DNA of 64,000 nt from Catajapyx aquilonaris (Eukaryota). Numbering within the stretch: the first letter of the stretch is position 1; each line of letters opens with the position of its first letter. The position numbers and the translations under genes are program-made. Positions 39,301 to 50,525 of the stretch are shown here, piece after piece. The stretch is taken from the NCBI GenBank assembly GCA_000934665.2, contig KZ538045.1:1-64000 (forward strand), in the 5' to 3' direction. The notes beneath the pieces were generated by a model, which worked only from the letters and a program-made list of their open reading frames with translations, ran no database searches and was not told the origin of the DNA.

Positions 39301-39610
39301 CTTGTGCCAGGAGCGACTGGAGGACACGCACTTTGTCCAGTGCCCGTCCGTCCCACACCACAAGTTCTGCTTCCCATGCTCCCGTGAGAGCATCAAGCGG
39401 CAAGGATCTGGCTCGGAGGTGAGCCCCAGTGGAGTCAGCAATATGGAAGCATTTGTCTCACACGAGGCCCAACCATCATTGCAGGTGTATTGCCCGAGCG
39501 GAGAGAAATGCCCACTGGCAGGCTCCAATGTGCCCTGGGCCTTCATGCAGGGGGAGATAGCCACCATTCTCGGCGACGACATGAAGGTGAAGAAGGAGCG
39601 CGAGACCTAA
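36128..39610 (+). CDS. IRF2BP: Interferon regulatory factor 2-binding protein family member (IRF2BP1/2/L, Pits-like); join(36128..36379,36460..37090,38746..39027,39090..39418,39485..39610), about 539 aa
   Basis: N-terminal [39 protein letters not shown] is the IRF-2BP zinc finger. C-terminal [36 protein letters not shown]...[29 protein letters not shown] is the family C3HC4 RING. All four introns are GT-AG with compatible phases (0,1,1,0), and the spliced length is 1620 nt. Confidence 0.93.
36460..37090 (+). CDS. IRF2BP: IRF2BP coding exon 2 (poly-Ala, His/Pro-rich; [11 protein letters not shown] and RAPSFD motifs)
   Basis: Acceptor TTTCTCGACAG| at 36459, open frame NGTMGME...TSLKPS, donor A|GTGAGT at 37091. 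Confidence 0.85.
38746..39027 (+). CDS. IRF2BP: IRF2BP coding exon 3 (contains [15 protein letters not shown] family motif)
   Basis: Acceptor CTCTCCCCTGCAG| at 38745. [18 protein letters not shown] resembles the conserved SPMAAL motif of IRF2BP proteins. Donor CAG|GTCGGT at 39028. Confidence 0.88.
39090..39418 (+). CDS. IRF2BP: IRF2BP coding exon 4 (N-terminal part of the RING)
   Basis: Acceptor TTTTGTATTCTAG| at 39089, frame [12 protein letters not shown]...[43 protein letters not shown], donor GAG|GTGAGC at 39419. Confidence 0.92.
39485..39610 (+). CDS. IRF2BP: IRF2BP coding exon 5 (C-terminal part of the RING, stop codon)
   Basis: Acceptor CATCATTGCAG| at 39484, [44 protein letters not shown] at 39608-39610. 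Confidence 0.92.
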   Translation: MYCPSGEKCPLAGSNVPWAFMQGEIATILGDDMKVKKERET

Positions 39611-41310
39611 GGAATCTTGAGGCCCCTGCAAATGTCACCCAATGCTGTTTTCTTGGAGAGGAGGAGCTCTGTTTGATGTCTTACTGGTGGACAGAGCTCT
39701 CTTATCCGTCTGTTTTGGTTGGGAGGGCCCTGCGAAGCTCTCTTTGATGTGTTTGCCTGGTGAGGTCTGTTGGGCTGCTGAGGCCTCAGCTGCCAGGAAG
39801 GGGGGAATTTCACTTGGAAGTTTGCCGCTGTTGCTGCTAATAATGATGACTTGTAAAGAGCGGTGGTGAGAAAAAAGTTTATTGTGGTTGAAGGAGCGAA
39901 GGGAATAAACTTTTTGTTTTGTAGTCCAAGATATGAGTTGGATGAGCCCATTTTGTAGCCATTAGGTGTTTTGCAAAAGGGCTTGGGTAGGGGACATGGA
40001 TGGGTGGTTGACCCAGTGTAAGGGTACAAATAGATTTTTTAAAATAGCATAGGGCAGCTTGGGTTGCTGCATGGAAAACCATCGTATACTCACTGTCCTT
40101 TTTTCAATGTACAAATGAATCTGATGTGTACCAGTAGTTGTACATTTGCCAAATTCGCTGGTGGAGTAAATGTCACGAGTTTTTGGTAGACTTTTACCCT
40201 TTTATGTAACACTTTCTCTGTGGGTACAGATAGTTAAACGCACAGCTGCCGCCAAGTCACTTGCGTGGTAACATCTGACCAGAGGGCCCAGATGACAACA
40301 TCTACTGTAACTTGCGAACCTCATTAGCTGTCGTGTGACCCTTTCAGGGCACTTGTTCAATGTAGTTGCACTTTCGCTGATGCTTTGTGTACAGATGTAA
40401 GGTTTTTTTTTTTGAAATTGAAGTTGTGTGTTTTAAGGCTGAGCAGACTCAGGCCATACAGCACTTGAAATGCTGAGATTGTATATAGGTGTTGCTGTAG
40501 GTACGACTGCTTTGGAAGTTCCTGACGATGATTTTTGTACTGTACATTTGGTGTTTGACAGGATCCAAACAAGTCTTCGCACTTTTCTTTCATTCTCATT
40601 TGCACTAGACCTCGTGTGAACCACCTGGTTCTGTACCTCCAACCGCTTCATGGTAGTTGGCTTGGAGCTCACCGTTTAAAAAGAAATAGTCCATCCAAGT
40701 GAGGAAGCACACATACGTTTCCCACGTAACCCACCATCCTTACCTACCCACCCTCAAAGTAGTCTGCCAGAGAGATGCTAGTCATATTTGTGATACCGGG
40801 ATGGCTCCGGTATCTGCTGAGGAACTCCAAAACTCGCTGTGTACCCTAGGTAGCACTGAAAACTGTAGACATGTGAACTAGTGACATGCATTGTTCCTGT
40901 ATAGTTCGCCCCTAATGAGACGGTCGAGTGGCAGGAAGTGAACCCAGCGTTTCCAAGCCTGCACATTAACTTACTTTCTTCTCTGTTGCTTGCAGATTCA
41001 CCAATCATCGTATTTTCATACTAGTACTCCTTTTTTACATCCCATATGCCTGCACCTTCTCCCTTACTACGTATATGGGAAGTCCGTGGAATTTTTGAAA
41101 TGTACAAAACCACTCTTTGATCTGTTATTTTTTTATTATTTCCGCTTGTCTTGTACCAACTGTCTTCTCCTGTAAATATTTCTACTGTAAACAAATTCGG
41201 ATTTGAAGCTACAGAGTGCGTAACACATAGCTTAAGTGGTTTGTGTCCTCACAAATGTACATTTGTTGTTCCTCATTCTATAATAAATCTTTTGCTTTGA
41301 TGTGCACAAA
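39611..41310 (+). other. Putative IRF2BP 3' UTR with proximal and distal poly(A) signals
   Basis: U/UG-rich composition with many TGTA motifs. AATAAA at 39904-39909 and at 41282-41287, the latter followed by GT/T-rich downstream sequence. Confidence 0.55.
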
Positions 41311-41777
41311 CTTGTTTCTGTGAGTTGTTTCAAAGTTCAACCTGGATTGACATTTCTTCAATTGCTGGGTGGTAAGTTTTTTCCTGGCAGGAGTGTTGGC
41401 TGGATTTGCTAGCATCCATTCAACTTGCAGCAGTCATGCAGGATTTTGGATCTATAAATTTTTTTAGAAGCAGGAGCTGATGATGTGGGTCAGGAGGTCA
41501 GCGTGTATCAATTCCTTGAGAGCCTAAATAAGAGAGTCAGGTCTTCCTGTAAAGCAGCTGTCTTCAACTGGTGTTCTCGGATGATATTTGAGGGGTAATG
41601 GCTGGGCTAAATAACCGGTAGTTAAACATTCTAATATCAATATTGGTGGTACTTCTCTGGTCCATTATTCCCCTGAGTAGACACTGGGAAGTGGGGCACT
41701 TGCATGTAATAAATCGCAGGAGAGTACCATGCTGTTATTATCTATTCATAAAAATGGCACTACTGGACAGTATTGTA

Positions 41778-41923
41778 CTATGGGGATCAAATTCTTTTGG
41801 CCATTTTATCCTGGTCTTGAAGCAACCCTTCATACACACACACACACTTCCTCACCATGGGGCCTGGGCGAAGGGTTGCTTCAAGACCAGGGTAAAGTGG
41901 CCAAAAGAATTTGAGCCCCATAG
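41778..41923. mobile_element. Tc1/mariner-type hairpin MITE
   Basis: About 54-bp near-perfect TIRs CTATGGGGATCAAATTCTTTTGGCCA...GCAACCCTTC and GAAGGGTTGC...TGGCCAAAAGAATTTGAGCCCCATAG, flanked by TA on both sides. Confidence 0.75.
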
Positions 41924-42538
41924 TACATGGTTCCGCAAAGTTTACGCAGCAAAAAGATTCCGTGACAAGAAAAAGTTGCAGGCCACTCCTGTAGAGCATG
42001 ACAGTAATACTTAACTTCATGAATTTATAACGGAAAAACTTACGGGTTTATTGGAAAATAGATAGGCATCGAAAATGTTCAGAGTAGTCAAGTAATGTTT
42101 ACAAGTGGAAAATGACGTCGACGCAACGTCGTCATAGTGTGCTAGGGAGAAATCCTGACATCACGTTGTAGGACTTACTACTGCAGATGGTCTCTGCAAC
42201 AACTTTAGGATCAGGAAATCCAGAGTGAAAATAGTGGCTTTAGGAATAATTGAAGACCTCGGGGGAAGAACGATCAAGGTCCACTTTTTGTCAAAAATGA
42301 GTTACATAATAATTATATCAGAGTCAGAAGATAGTTCCAGTAGCATAGAATATGATGGTTTGGTCGTGATTGTCGAGTAAGGATCATAGGTCACTATATG
42401 GAAGGCCCCGCAAATGGGATTTACAATAGAATAACCTTCGAAATTTGAAATGGCAATATCTCAGTTTCACATGAGGTGGACCTGATTAACACACTTTTTT
42501 CAATGGGTCCCGGTATTTTTGTCTTGCTCATCCAACTA

Positions 42539-43081
42539 CAGTTGAATCCGGGTATAACGGACTTCAAGGGACCGCGGAAAAAGTCTGTTATAAGCTGAAT
42601 CGCCACTTTTGCAACGAATACACAAAGTTTTCTGCTTTCCATACGCCTATAATGCAACCTACTGCATATTGATTACTGAAACTATACACAAAAATGCAAA
42701 ATTGGCTCACCCGTAAATTCGGCAGTACGAAAAAATATATAATTTTTTATGTCGTTTCATTCTTGCCAAATACGCGTATACCAGAAAAAGAATGATTTTG
42801 ACCTTTTCGGAAAGTGTTAGATCAGTGACAGGTGGGAAAATCACTCCCACTCCAGAAGTTCTTTCCTCGCGTGGGAAAGGAACCTGAGTAATCAAAAGAA
42901 GCATATTTTCCCACCGAGGGGCCAAGAAATGGTGTGTTATACCCGAGGTGAGGTGAAAATGAGTCTGATATATCAGGAGTAAAAATACACATATTATGGA
43001 AGTTTGTTTGGGACCGGCCCTTCGAGTATGTTACAACCGAAAGTCCGTTATAACCGAGACTGTTATATTCGGATTCAACTG
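42539..43081. mobile_element. Non-autonomous pogo/Tigger-like element
   Basis: TA-CAGTTGAATCCGGGTATAACGGAC ... TGTTATATTCGGATTCAACTG-TA. Repeated subterminal GTTATAA motifs and TA TSD; no transposase ORF. Confidence 0.8.
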
Positions 43082-43800
43082 TATAATGAGCCTATCGATG
43101 AATGTTAATGCATTGGGTAACGAGGCTTCGGAGACCAAATTGCACCATTGCATAAAATGATGTTCTGATGTCTGGGAGTTGACTCGAGAAGTTTGTCTGA
43201 ATCATTTCGAAACCCCCAGTATTATAAAACTGCATCTTTGTGTCCATCAATTCATTGTTGTCTCGACCCCCCTGCCATGCAAGGTAATGCAAAATGCGCC
43301 CCTTTTAGAAAATCTTACTCTCCTATAGTATACGATAGCTATGAGGTGATTGGGAGAGTATCATATTTCACACAGGAATCATACGGTATTACGACATACG
43401 AGTATAAAGCGGCATGCCGGTATAAAGCGGGGTTAACTCGGCCGTTGTATCCCGGGGAAGCCGCCAGGACGTGGAAAGTGTGGTAATTTTTGTGATTTTT
43501 CCCCCCTACCCTCCAAAATCATCCAAAACAAATTAGTAAGCGACGCGGAGGCGGCCCCGGTTTATTGCCTCGCAGGCAACAATATTTTTGCGATTTTTCG
43601 TGTCGTTACTAGTGATCGATATTGGTGGTTTTTACCTTGTATAGTTCAAGAAGCTTCGGAAACCACAAAAATCTTCAACTCGTGACTTGGCCGATTTCGA
43701 TCGGACTGGGCTGTGGAAGTATCGGCACACAAAGGACAGTTTCGTATTTTCAGTTTTGGAATTACCGATATGATCACGAGTTTTAAATATTAAAATTGCT

Positions 43801-44050
43801 GTGTTTCACTGTGGTTTAGCAGATAGCGCCACAGCCTTTCACCTCTTAGGACCCGCGTTCGATCCCCTGTTCGGAAGAATGATTTTCACATGTGGAAAGA
43901 GCTTCGATGGATTCTCTCCGTGTTCGCGGGGATTTTCTCGGGGTTCGACCGTTCCTTCCTCCCCACACACAATTAAACTCAGCACAACAGTTAAATCAAG
44001 CCGCGTGTTCCCTAAAATTCTGCAGGCCTATATACCACGGGGTATAACCT
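43801..44050 (+). mobile_element. V-domain-like tRNA SINE (diverged copy)
   Basis: A-box-like GTGGTTTAGCAG, B box GTTCGATCCC, then GGATTCTCTCCGTGTTCGCGGGGATTTTCTCGGGGTTC...TTCCTCCCCAC and a tail ending CACGGGGTATA, similar to the 45259 and 50272 copies. Confidence 0.7.
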
Positions 44051-45258
44051 AAAGCAGTAATAACAAATTCCAGAATAATTGCATTCTGTCATCTAATATA
44101 TTGCAGTATGGTTACCGTCATTCTGAACAATAACTTACATAACTACCAAGTTATGCTGATGAGCTTCATTAAAAACACAAAATAATAGTAAAATATGCTT
44201 AACTAATTAATTTTAGTGTACAGATCTCAGAAAAGAAAAATTTTAAAAGACCTTCTTTTACTTTAAGAGCTTGCCTTCACGGTTTGTCATCATACCCCCA
44301 CTGCTTTTCATGAGGGATTATTTCTTGTGCAAGTGCAAACCATCCGTGAATAATGGCCCAACAAAAGTGGCACTTAAAACGTATGATCCTATTCACCCCC
44401 ACAACCGATGAACCTATTCGCCACAAGCATATACCGGCGTATATCCACATTATACTTTCAACCTTGGTTCATATGTGAGCACTACAAAAGTTTTATGGCA
44501 CCTGACGTCCCTCAATAATGGATTCTCCAAGACCATTCTTAATTAGAAATGCCACCACAGCTGTAATAACACCCAAATTTAGAAACAGTCCATGTTAGAT
44601 ATTTTATCCTCGTTCACATTGAAAAACTACCTAGAACCGTGTGACATTGATATTTTTGTGCAATTTAGGTTGTATCATAATTTTCTTCGTTATGATACTA
44701 CAGCAGAATGATAGCCTCTCCACCTTCGAAATCCTATAAGACGATACTGCTGTAGTTGGTTTTGGCAATTTAGGCTCAATTAGGGAGATAATCGCTTCTC
44801 TATTTTGTTTCGTCACCTATACGTAATATAGAGAATCTTTCGCTTTTTACTCTACTACCTACCACCCCTGGCACCTGAGAGGTGTGATCAGCAAGATATC
44901 TTACCCTATGTTGTTATGTACCAACAAGTCAAACATTTACAGTCAATTGTGAACCGGAGTAATTTCGTCTTATAAATTCGAAAGACACCTTAGGCCCAGA
45001 GCAACTGATAGCTATACCATGTACGATTGGTGTTGTAGTGATGCATCTGAAGAATAAGCCAAGATTCATGATTTAATAAGGCAATTACCACGTGTAGGTT
45101 CTAAGTTTATATATTATTACATCACTAGTACTGAAGCAGGAACAGGCTTTATTCTGTCCAGCAGTATTATGGAGAGTTTCAAAGGCTTGCAAAGGTCAAT
45201 GTTGAACCTCGAGACGACGCGATGCGAGCCTAAACATTGAGCTATTACACTTGAATAC

Positions 45259-45505
45259 ATAATGGATACCCCGTGATAAGCCTCCTTGGGCTTTTTAGGG
45301 GATCATCTTTTAATTGACCGACTTTAATCAATTGCCTTTGCTGCAATGGATTTTGATAGTGGGAGGAAACGGGAGAACCCCTAGAAAAGCCACGCGAACA
45401 CGGAGAGAACCCACCGAAACTCTATCCACATAAAGTATCCTTTGTCCGACCCGGGGGTCGAACTCGGGACCTTTGAGCGCTAACCACTCCCCCACCGTGT
45501 CGCCC
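45259..45505 (-). mobile_element. V-domain-like tRNA SINE, full length with TSD
   Basis: Minus strand: GGGCGACACGGTGGGGGAGTGGTTAGCGC...GAGTTCGACCCC...GTTCTCTCCGTGTTCGCGTGGCTTTTCTAGGGTTCTCCCGTTTCCTCCCAC...GGGGTATCCATTAT. Perfect direct repeat TATTACACTTGAATAC at 45243-45258 and 45506-45521. Confidence 0.88.
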
Positions 45506-47556
45506 TATTACACTTGAATACCTGAATTGCAGAACGATCAGTCACATTTTGGTCGGAATTGAATTTGGATTTGTTTGATATAGTCCTGTAAGTGCGTACT
45601 TTTTGATGGTCAAGGCAGATTTCTGGTTGAGCAATTTATTACTCCATAGAAAAAATTGTGAAAACAAATCCCATATGAGGTATCTTCAAACACGCTTACC
45701 TCAAAGTCAGCCATACTATATTATATGACTGAACTTTCTGCATTTCATATCCTCACTTGATCCCATCTCCATTATAACAATTTTCCTGGCAAAACCCAGG
45801 TTGAGAAGCGCTACTTGAGTGGCCCACTTGATTTGCGAAGTAAGAATAAGAATATCGCGTCGTTATCATGAATCAAGATTTGTGGAAAGGAAGTGTCAAG
45901 CACATCTTTGCTGGGCGAAAATGTGTAAATGGCGAGGATAAATAGGCCCTTAGGAACTGGATCTAATGAACGGTGTCGACGAGGCAGTTTTCCCTCTTCG
46001 CGACAGATTTACCGATTATCCTTAAAATAAGAATTGCGTGCTGCTGAGTTCCATTTTGGCTGCCACAGCTCAGCCTGCTGCAACATTCAACGGTAGTTCC
46101 ACTGCGGATGATCCGAAAATTCCTTTGCGGTTCCTAAGAAGAACCTTCGCTGACACACCACATGTGTGTTGAGGGAATTTCGGGAGTCACCAAAGCGGCA
46201 TTGGTCCCTACTAGCGGCTTGCAGAAATAAACACCCAAGTTCAGGGCCAAGAGGGGATAAAGGTGGAGAGGTGAAAATACGTGGAAGAGAATAGCACCAG
46301 CATCCGGGATGCTGGATATTCATCACTTTCTTTACGACAGCAGACCTCATGTTTCCTTATGTAAAAGCACGTAAATTTTTGGAGGGTTGTAAATCACCCG
46401 TGTCCGCTATAGTGTCAAACTGCGACAGATTGTTACCCAATATAATGGGTGGAAAAGGGCGTCTGCTGCACTTCCTGGGGAGCGAAACAGCCTCGTAAAT
46501 ATTTTTTGGGACCATAAGAGAAGGAACGAGGTTCTCATCATGTGGGTTCACCCTATTGTGGTATGACATCAAGGCGCCGGATTCTGCTGTTTATTTTTGA
46601 ACAATACCAAATTGGGTCTGCAAGAGCGTGCGTATTTACTGCCCAATGAGATGCAGAGAGTGGGAAAAGGGCTTTCCATTGGCCGGATAGTTGATCATTT
46701 TTATTTCATGTGGAACAAGTGCATGCACTTGCATTCCTGTCAATCATGTATGTTCTGCCGTCAATATAGCATCCCATCTGAAATAGCTATTCAGGTTCGT
46801 TTAAAAGCCTAGTAACGAATGCGGGAAGGTGGTTGTTTGCACTGGCTTTCACATGCTATGAAGATTAGATGTACTAGCCTGATGGTTAGTGCTTTGACCA
46901 TTGCCCAATGGTGTAAGGAGGGCGAGTTATTCATAATACCTCGGGTTCTGGCGTGGTAAGATTCCTGTCTTCGTCAAGGTAAAACAGGCGTGCTTTATAA
47001 ATAAAGTAGCAGGCTATGCTGGAAAAAGTATAGTTGAAAGCGTCCCTCTCTGCCTTTAAAAGGAACCCTACATACTGCATGGTTTTGCTGCAGACTAGAT
47101 GCTAGACGGGAAAATTATGTCAGGGGAGCTCTATTGTTAGCATGCCGGATTGCTTCTATTATTCCGGAAATTTATAGTTTACTCAATATTGCCGTTGTTA
47201 AACGGAAATGGTGGTGAAATATTCAAGAAGTTCCGCATTTTGCACGTAGCTTCGCATGCCGACATCTTGCGCAACCTTCATGCGCTCTCTTTTTGGAAGA
47301 GGGTGGGTGGGCGGAGATAATTATCACTTCATACAACTGTGTAAGCTTTCGTGATCCTATACCCATACCCCATTAGTAAATAAATGAAGAAATAGAAACT
47401 TGCTCTTGAGCATCAGTCCGTCATCCGCCTGGCATATACATAATTATACAGATCCAAGTTGTGGGATATTTCTTGTAGCATACACTGAGCCAGAGAAGAG
47501 TATACTGGCATCACAAAAATTTAATTGTTAGTTATACAGAGTGGGCCAAAAGTATT

Positions 47557-47586
<30 letters not shown>

Positions 47587-47587
<1 letters not shown>

Positions 47588-47845
47588 TCAGACATTGCTA
47601 CCCTTGTGAGGATATTTTTCGCAAGTTTCCTATCCTTGTGAGGACCGAAAACCTTACGAGGACTTTTTTCAGGCCCTCATAATGTACACAGTCCTCACAA
47701 GGATGGCGGAAAATCAAACCAAGACCTCCTTTTTACTGTGAAAAAATAGGTCACCAAAATTTCGTGTGTATTTTGTAGGTTAGGTTAGGTTAGTTTTAAA
47801 TTTTTATTTTTGCCAGACCCTCACAAGGATAGCACTTTATAACAT

Positions 47846-47848
<3 letters not shown>
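47587..47848. mobile_element. (TG)n-embedded non-autonomous element A with internal TTAGG tract
   Basis: Bounded by (TG)n on both sides. Subterminal IR TGCTACCCTTGTGAGG (47596-47611) and CCTCACAAGGATAGCA (47819-47834). Internal TGAGGA/TCCTCA repeats. GTAGGTTAGGTTAGGTTAG at 47775-47793. Confidence 0.65.

Positions 47849-47888
<40 letters not shown>
47849..47888. repeat. (TG)20 microsatellite between elements A and B
   Basis: Perfect TG run. Shorter TG runs also lie at 47569-47586 and 48228-48241. Confidence 0.95.
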
Positions 47889-47889
<1 letters not shown>

Positions 47890-48227
47890 TCAGGTCTTGA
47901 CTAAGGTCTGGGGACGGAAGTCTGTGGTTTTACTGTAGCTGTGGGGACCAGTTCCAATTGTGGGGACATTTGTCGGTCCCCACAGTCTCATACGCGAAGT
48001 GTACCATTACAGTGGGGACATGTGTAAATTAGTGGGGACATGTCCCCACTATTTTCATTTGTAGGGTTTCACAAAAGTCCATTTTTCTCAGCTTGGGTTA
48101 CTTAGGGTAGGGTAGGTTAGGTAGGTTAGGTTAGGTTAGGTTAGGTTAGGTTAGGTTAGATCAGTTTACACTCGCAGTGAAAAGTGATCAAGGCCGTCCC
48201 CACGCCTTAGTCAAGACAAGAGTTGGG
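47889..48227. mobile_element. (TG)n-embedded non-autonomous element B with internal (TTAGG)n
   Basis: Subterminal IR GTCTTGACTAAGGTCTGGGGACGG (47894-47917) and CCGTCCCCACGCCTTAGTCAAGAC (48194-48217). Multiple GTGGGGAC/GTCCCCAC repeats. TTAGG array at 48102-48159. Confidence 0.7.
48102..48159 (+). repeat. Interstitial (TTAGG)n telomere-like tract
   Basis: Six perfect TTAGG units (48126-48155) preceded by degenerate units. Confidence 0.9.
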
Positions 48228-49802
48228 TGTGTGTGTGTGTGTTTTTTTTGTTAGATTGGCAACATTGCACCTTCACCTTTCATATTACCAGATCATTTAG
48301 TCTAACTGTAAGTGAGAAAAACCAGTCGCACCAGAATGGCAGACACAAACCCTTACGGTGTCGGTTAGTGAAAAGCGTGTGGGGGCATGAACGACAACAC
48401 ACAGGACAAACAATTAAGCAAGTGAGTGATGCTTTTCTCCACCGTGAGGGGTACGGGGACTTTTGGACCACCCTGTACATTGTTGATACTGTTTATTGAC
48501 ATTCATGCTTGGCTACCACGCTAAGGCTGATTGCAATATGCATGACATGATATTTTAAGAAAGTAATCTTTTCTATTTATTCTTGTGGGCAAATATCCGG
48601 GATATTTGCGTTAAGATTCAACACTCAAGAGACTCTAAATAAATAAGAAGAGCCAAATTCATCACTCAGGTTATGGAATTGTAAGTTCTGGTATAGGAAG
48701 GGAGCCAACAAAAATTCCCGCGGTGTTTTTAAAACCTCATATTAGAAGGTAATGAACAGTTAAATACACCTCGACTCCATGTAGAGGTTATGACGAAGTG
48801 CTGTAAAACGGCGTGCTATGCAAGTAGAGATTACTTCAGAGATATATTTTGAAAAAGGCCAGCATTAAAGGCAAGTGGCTTGTTGAGAGCCTTGACCACG
48901 CATACTATCCGCATATCATCCCCTGTGGCCGTCGTAAATCAACTACCCTGCGTTTCCGTGATGCTGGTGTTGAAAGCTGCCACATAAATTCGTTATTAAT
49001 ATGCAAACTAATTAAGGTGAAGACTGACGTGGGGGAAGGCTCTTGGCAATGTTCTTGGAATTAATCAAAGACGGCACCTTGGATTTTGGCAGCCACTGTA
49101 TTTTCATCCATCTGGCCTATGCCAGGCTCAGTTCTGAACCCGCGTTCGTTTCTTGAGTGAAACAGAGATCTTCATTATGTCATGTTTACTATAAATCTTT
49201 TTCTATCTTCCAATATGTGATATATTGAAGATGCAAATGGAGTTAATAAACGTCAGGATTTTTTTCATCGAAGTTATTGTCCGTCGTTCATGGAGCAAAT
49301 ACTCCACGACCATATAGGTGAACTCTGGAACACTGGTCAGTGCCCGCAAATAAAATACCGGAAGGTGAAGGGATGACAAAGGATGTATGTGAGACTGGTT
49401 AGGCTGAGTTGTTGACATAAGGTTGCCCCTGGTTACGGGCGTCAAGATATCATTACAGTTTTCTGAGATCGGCGGAAAGGTTATTGCGCCATTGGGAATA
49501 CACACACCTTTGTCACCGTTTTCCTACTGCGTAGTTTAGTTCGAAGTGTCTCATTTGTTGTCAGTCTGGGTTACCACATCATGTAGGTATAGGGCATAGG
49601 GCTTGTTCGAATCTACGAGTAATAATTATTGTGTAAGTTGGTGACATGTACTTAGGATAGATTTTTTATTGGGCAGGAAATGTTACATACTGTAGGTCGA
49701 TGAGATATTTTCGTGTCTATCGTGTAATCGAAGCGAGTTACGGGGGGGAAAAAGGAAAACTCATTTAACTGGCGTGCAAAGAAACTTTGACCTAAGCGAA
49801 AT

Positions 49803-50051
49803 GAGGGGTGTGGGGGAAAAAACATGATAACTGACATTTTTGTCATTTTTGACCTAAACACCTAGCAACTATGTATAAGACATGACAAACAGTTTGGTAT
49901 ACTCCAAGTTCATGTATCATGCAGGAGACGGCCACACGGACTAGATCCAAACCAGCATTCCCTATGATTTGTTAAGAAAATGCAAACTTCAATTCGCTCT
50001 CCTGAAAAATTACACCTTTGTCAGTTATCATGTTTTTCCCCCACACCCCTC
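49803..50051. mobile_element. MITE with about 33-bp TIRs (Sola-like GAG termini)
   Basis: GAGGGGTGTGGGGGAAAAAACATGATAACTGACA and TGTCAGTTATCATGTTTTTCCCCCACACCCCTC. Flanks AAAT and TAAT could be an imperfect 4-bp TSD. Confidence 0.65.
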
Positions 50052-50271
50052 TAATAATGGTAAAGGAAATAAGTGCGGCAAACAACTCGACCTTTCAATT
50101 GCCTGGTATAAAAATTGAATCCTCTTTTACACTTAGAAATATGGCTTGTTGAATTGCTGCGAGTTACGACAAGTACGACTATTTTGAAAATACTCCATGA
50201 ACATGTTGCAACTTTGCTATCGTGTTCTGGTTAATAGCAAAACATTAATTTTCGGCCATTATGATTAATTT

Positions 50272-50525
50272 CATGGGTGGCGTAGTGGTTAGCTTCAGTC
50301 TTCCGCGTCTAAGTCCAGATTTCGATCCCCGGACAGGACATATTAATTTCTCGCATGGAATGAGTTTTGATGGGTTCTCTCTGTGTTCGCGTGGTTTTTT
50401 TAAAAGGACTCCTCCGTTTCTTCCCACATCAAAGTCCATCACAGCGTATTAAGCTATTGAAGTCGGACATTTAAAAGATGATCCCCTAAATGGCCCCAGT
50501 AGGCCTATTACGGAGTATCCAATTA
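50272..50525 (+). mobile_element. V-domain-like tRNA SINE
   Basis: GGTGGCGTAGTGGTTAGC A box, TTCGATCCCC B box, GGGTTCTCTCTGTGTTCGCGTGG...CCGTTTCTTCCCAC core. Tail TTAAAAGATGATCCCCTAAA...GGAGTATCCAATTA is shared with the 45259 copy. Confidence 0.8.

Larger units (their letters stand above)
47537..48475. mobile_element. Tc1/mariner-like MITE interrupted by nested insertions
   Basis: TA-CAGAGTGGGCCAAAAGT ... ACTTTTGGACCACCCTG-TA imperfect TIRs. They enclose a (TC)n(TG)n tract and two further elements. Confidence 0.6.

Noticed and set aside
36137..39582. Antisense ORFs over the IRF2BP exons (e.g. 36362..36829, 39067..39582)
   Set aside because: These are shadows of GC-rich coding sequence with no independent evidence.
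48102..48159. TTAGG array as a true telomere or fusion scar
   Set aside because: It is short and lies inside an inverted-repeat-bounded element, so it is better explained as element cargo.
49940..49950. GACTAGATCCA similarity to miR-279
   Set aside because: It is only a partial match, lies inside a MITE, and has no precursor hairpin.
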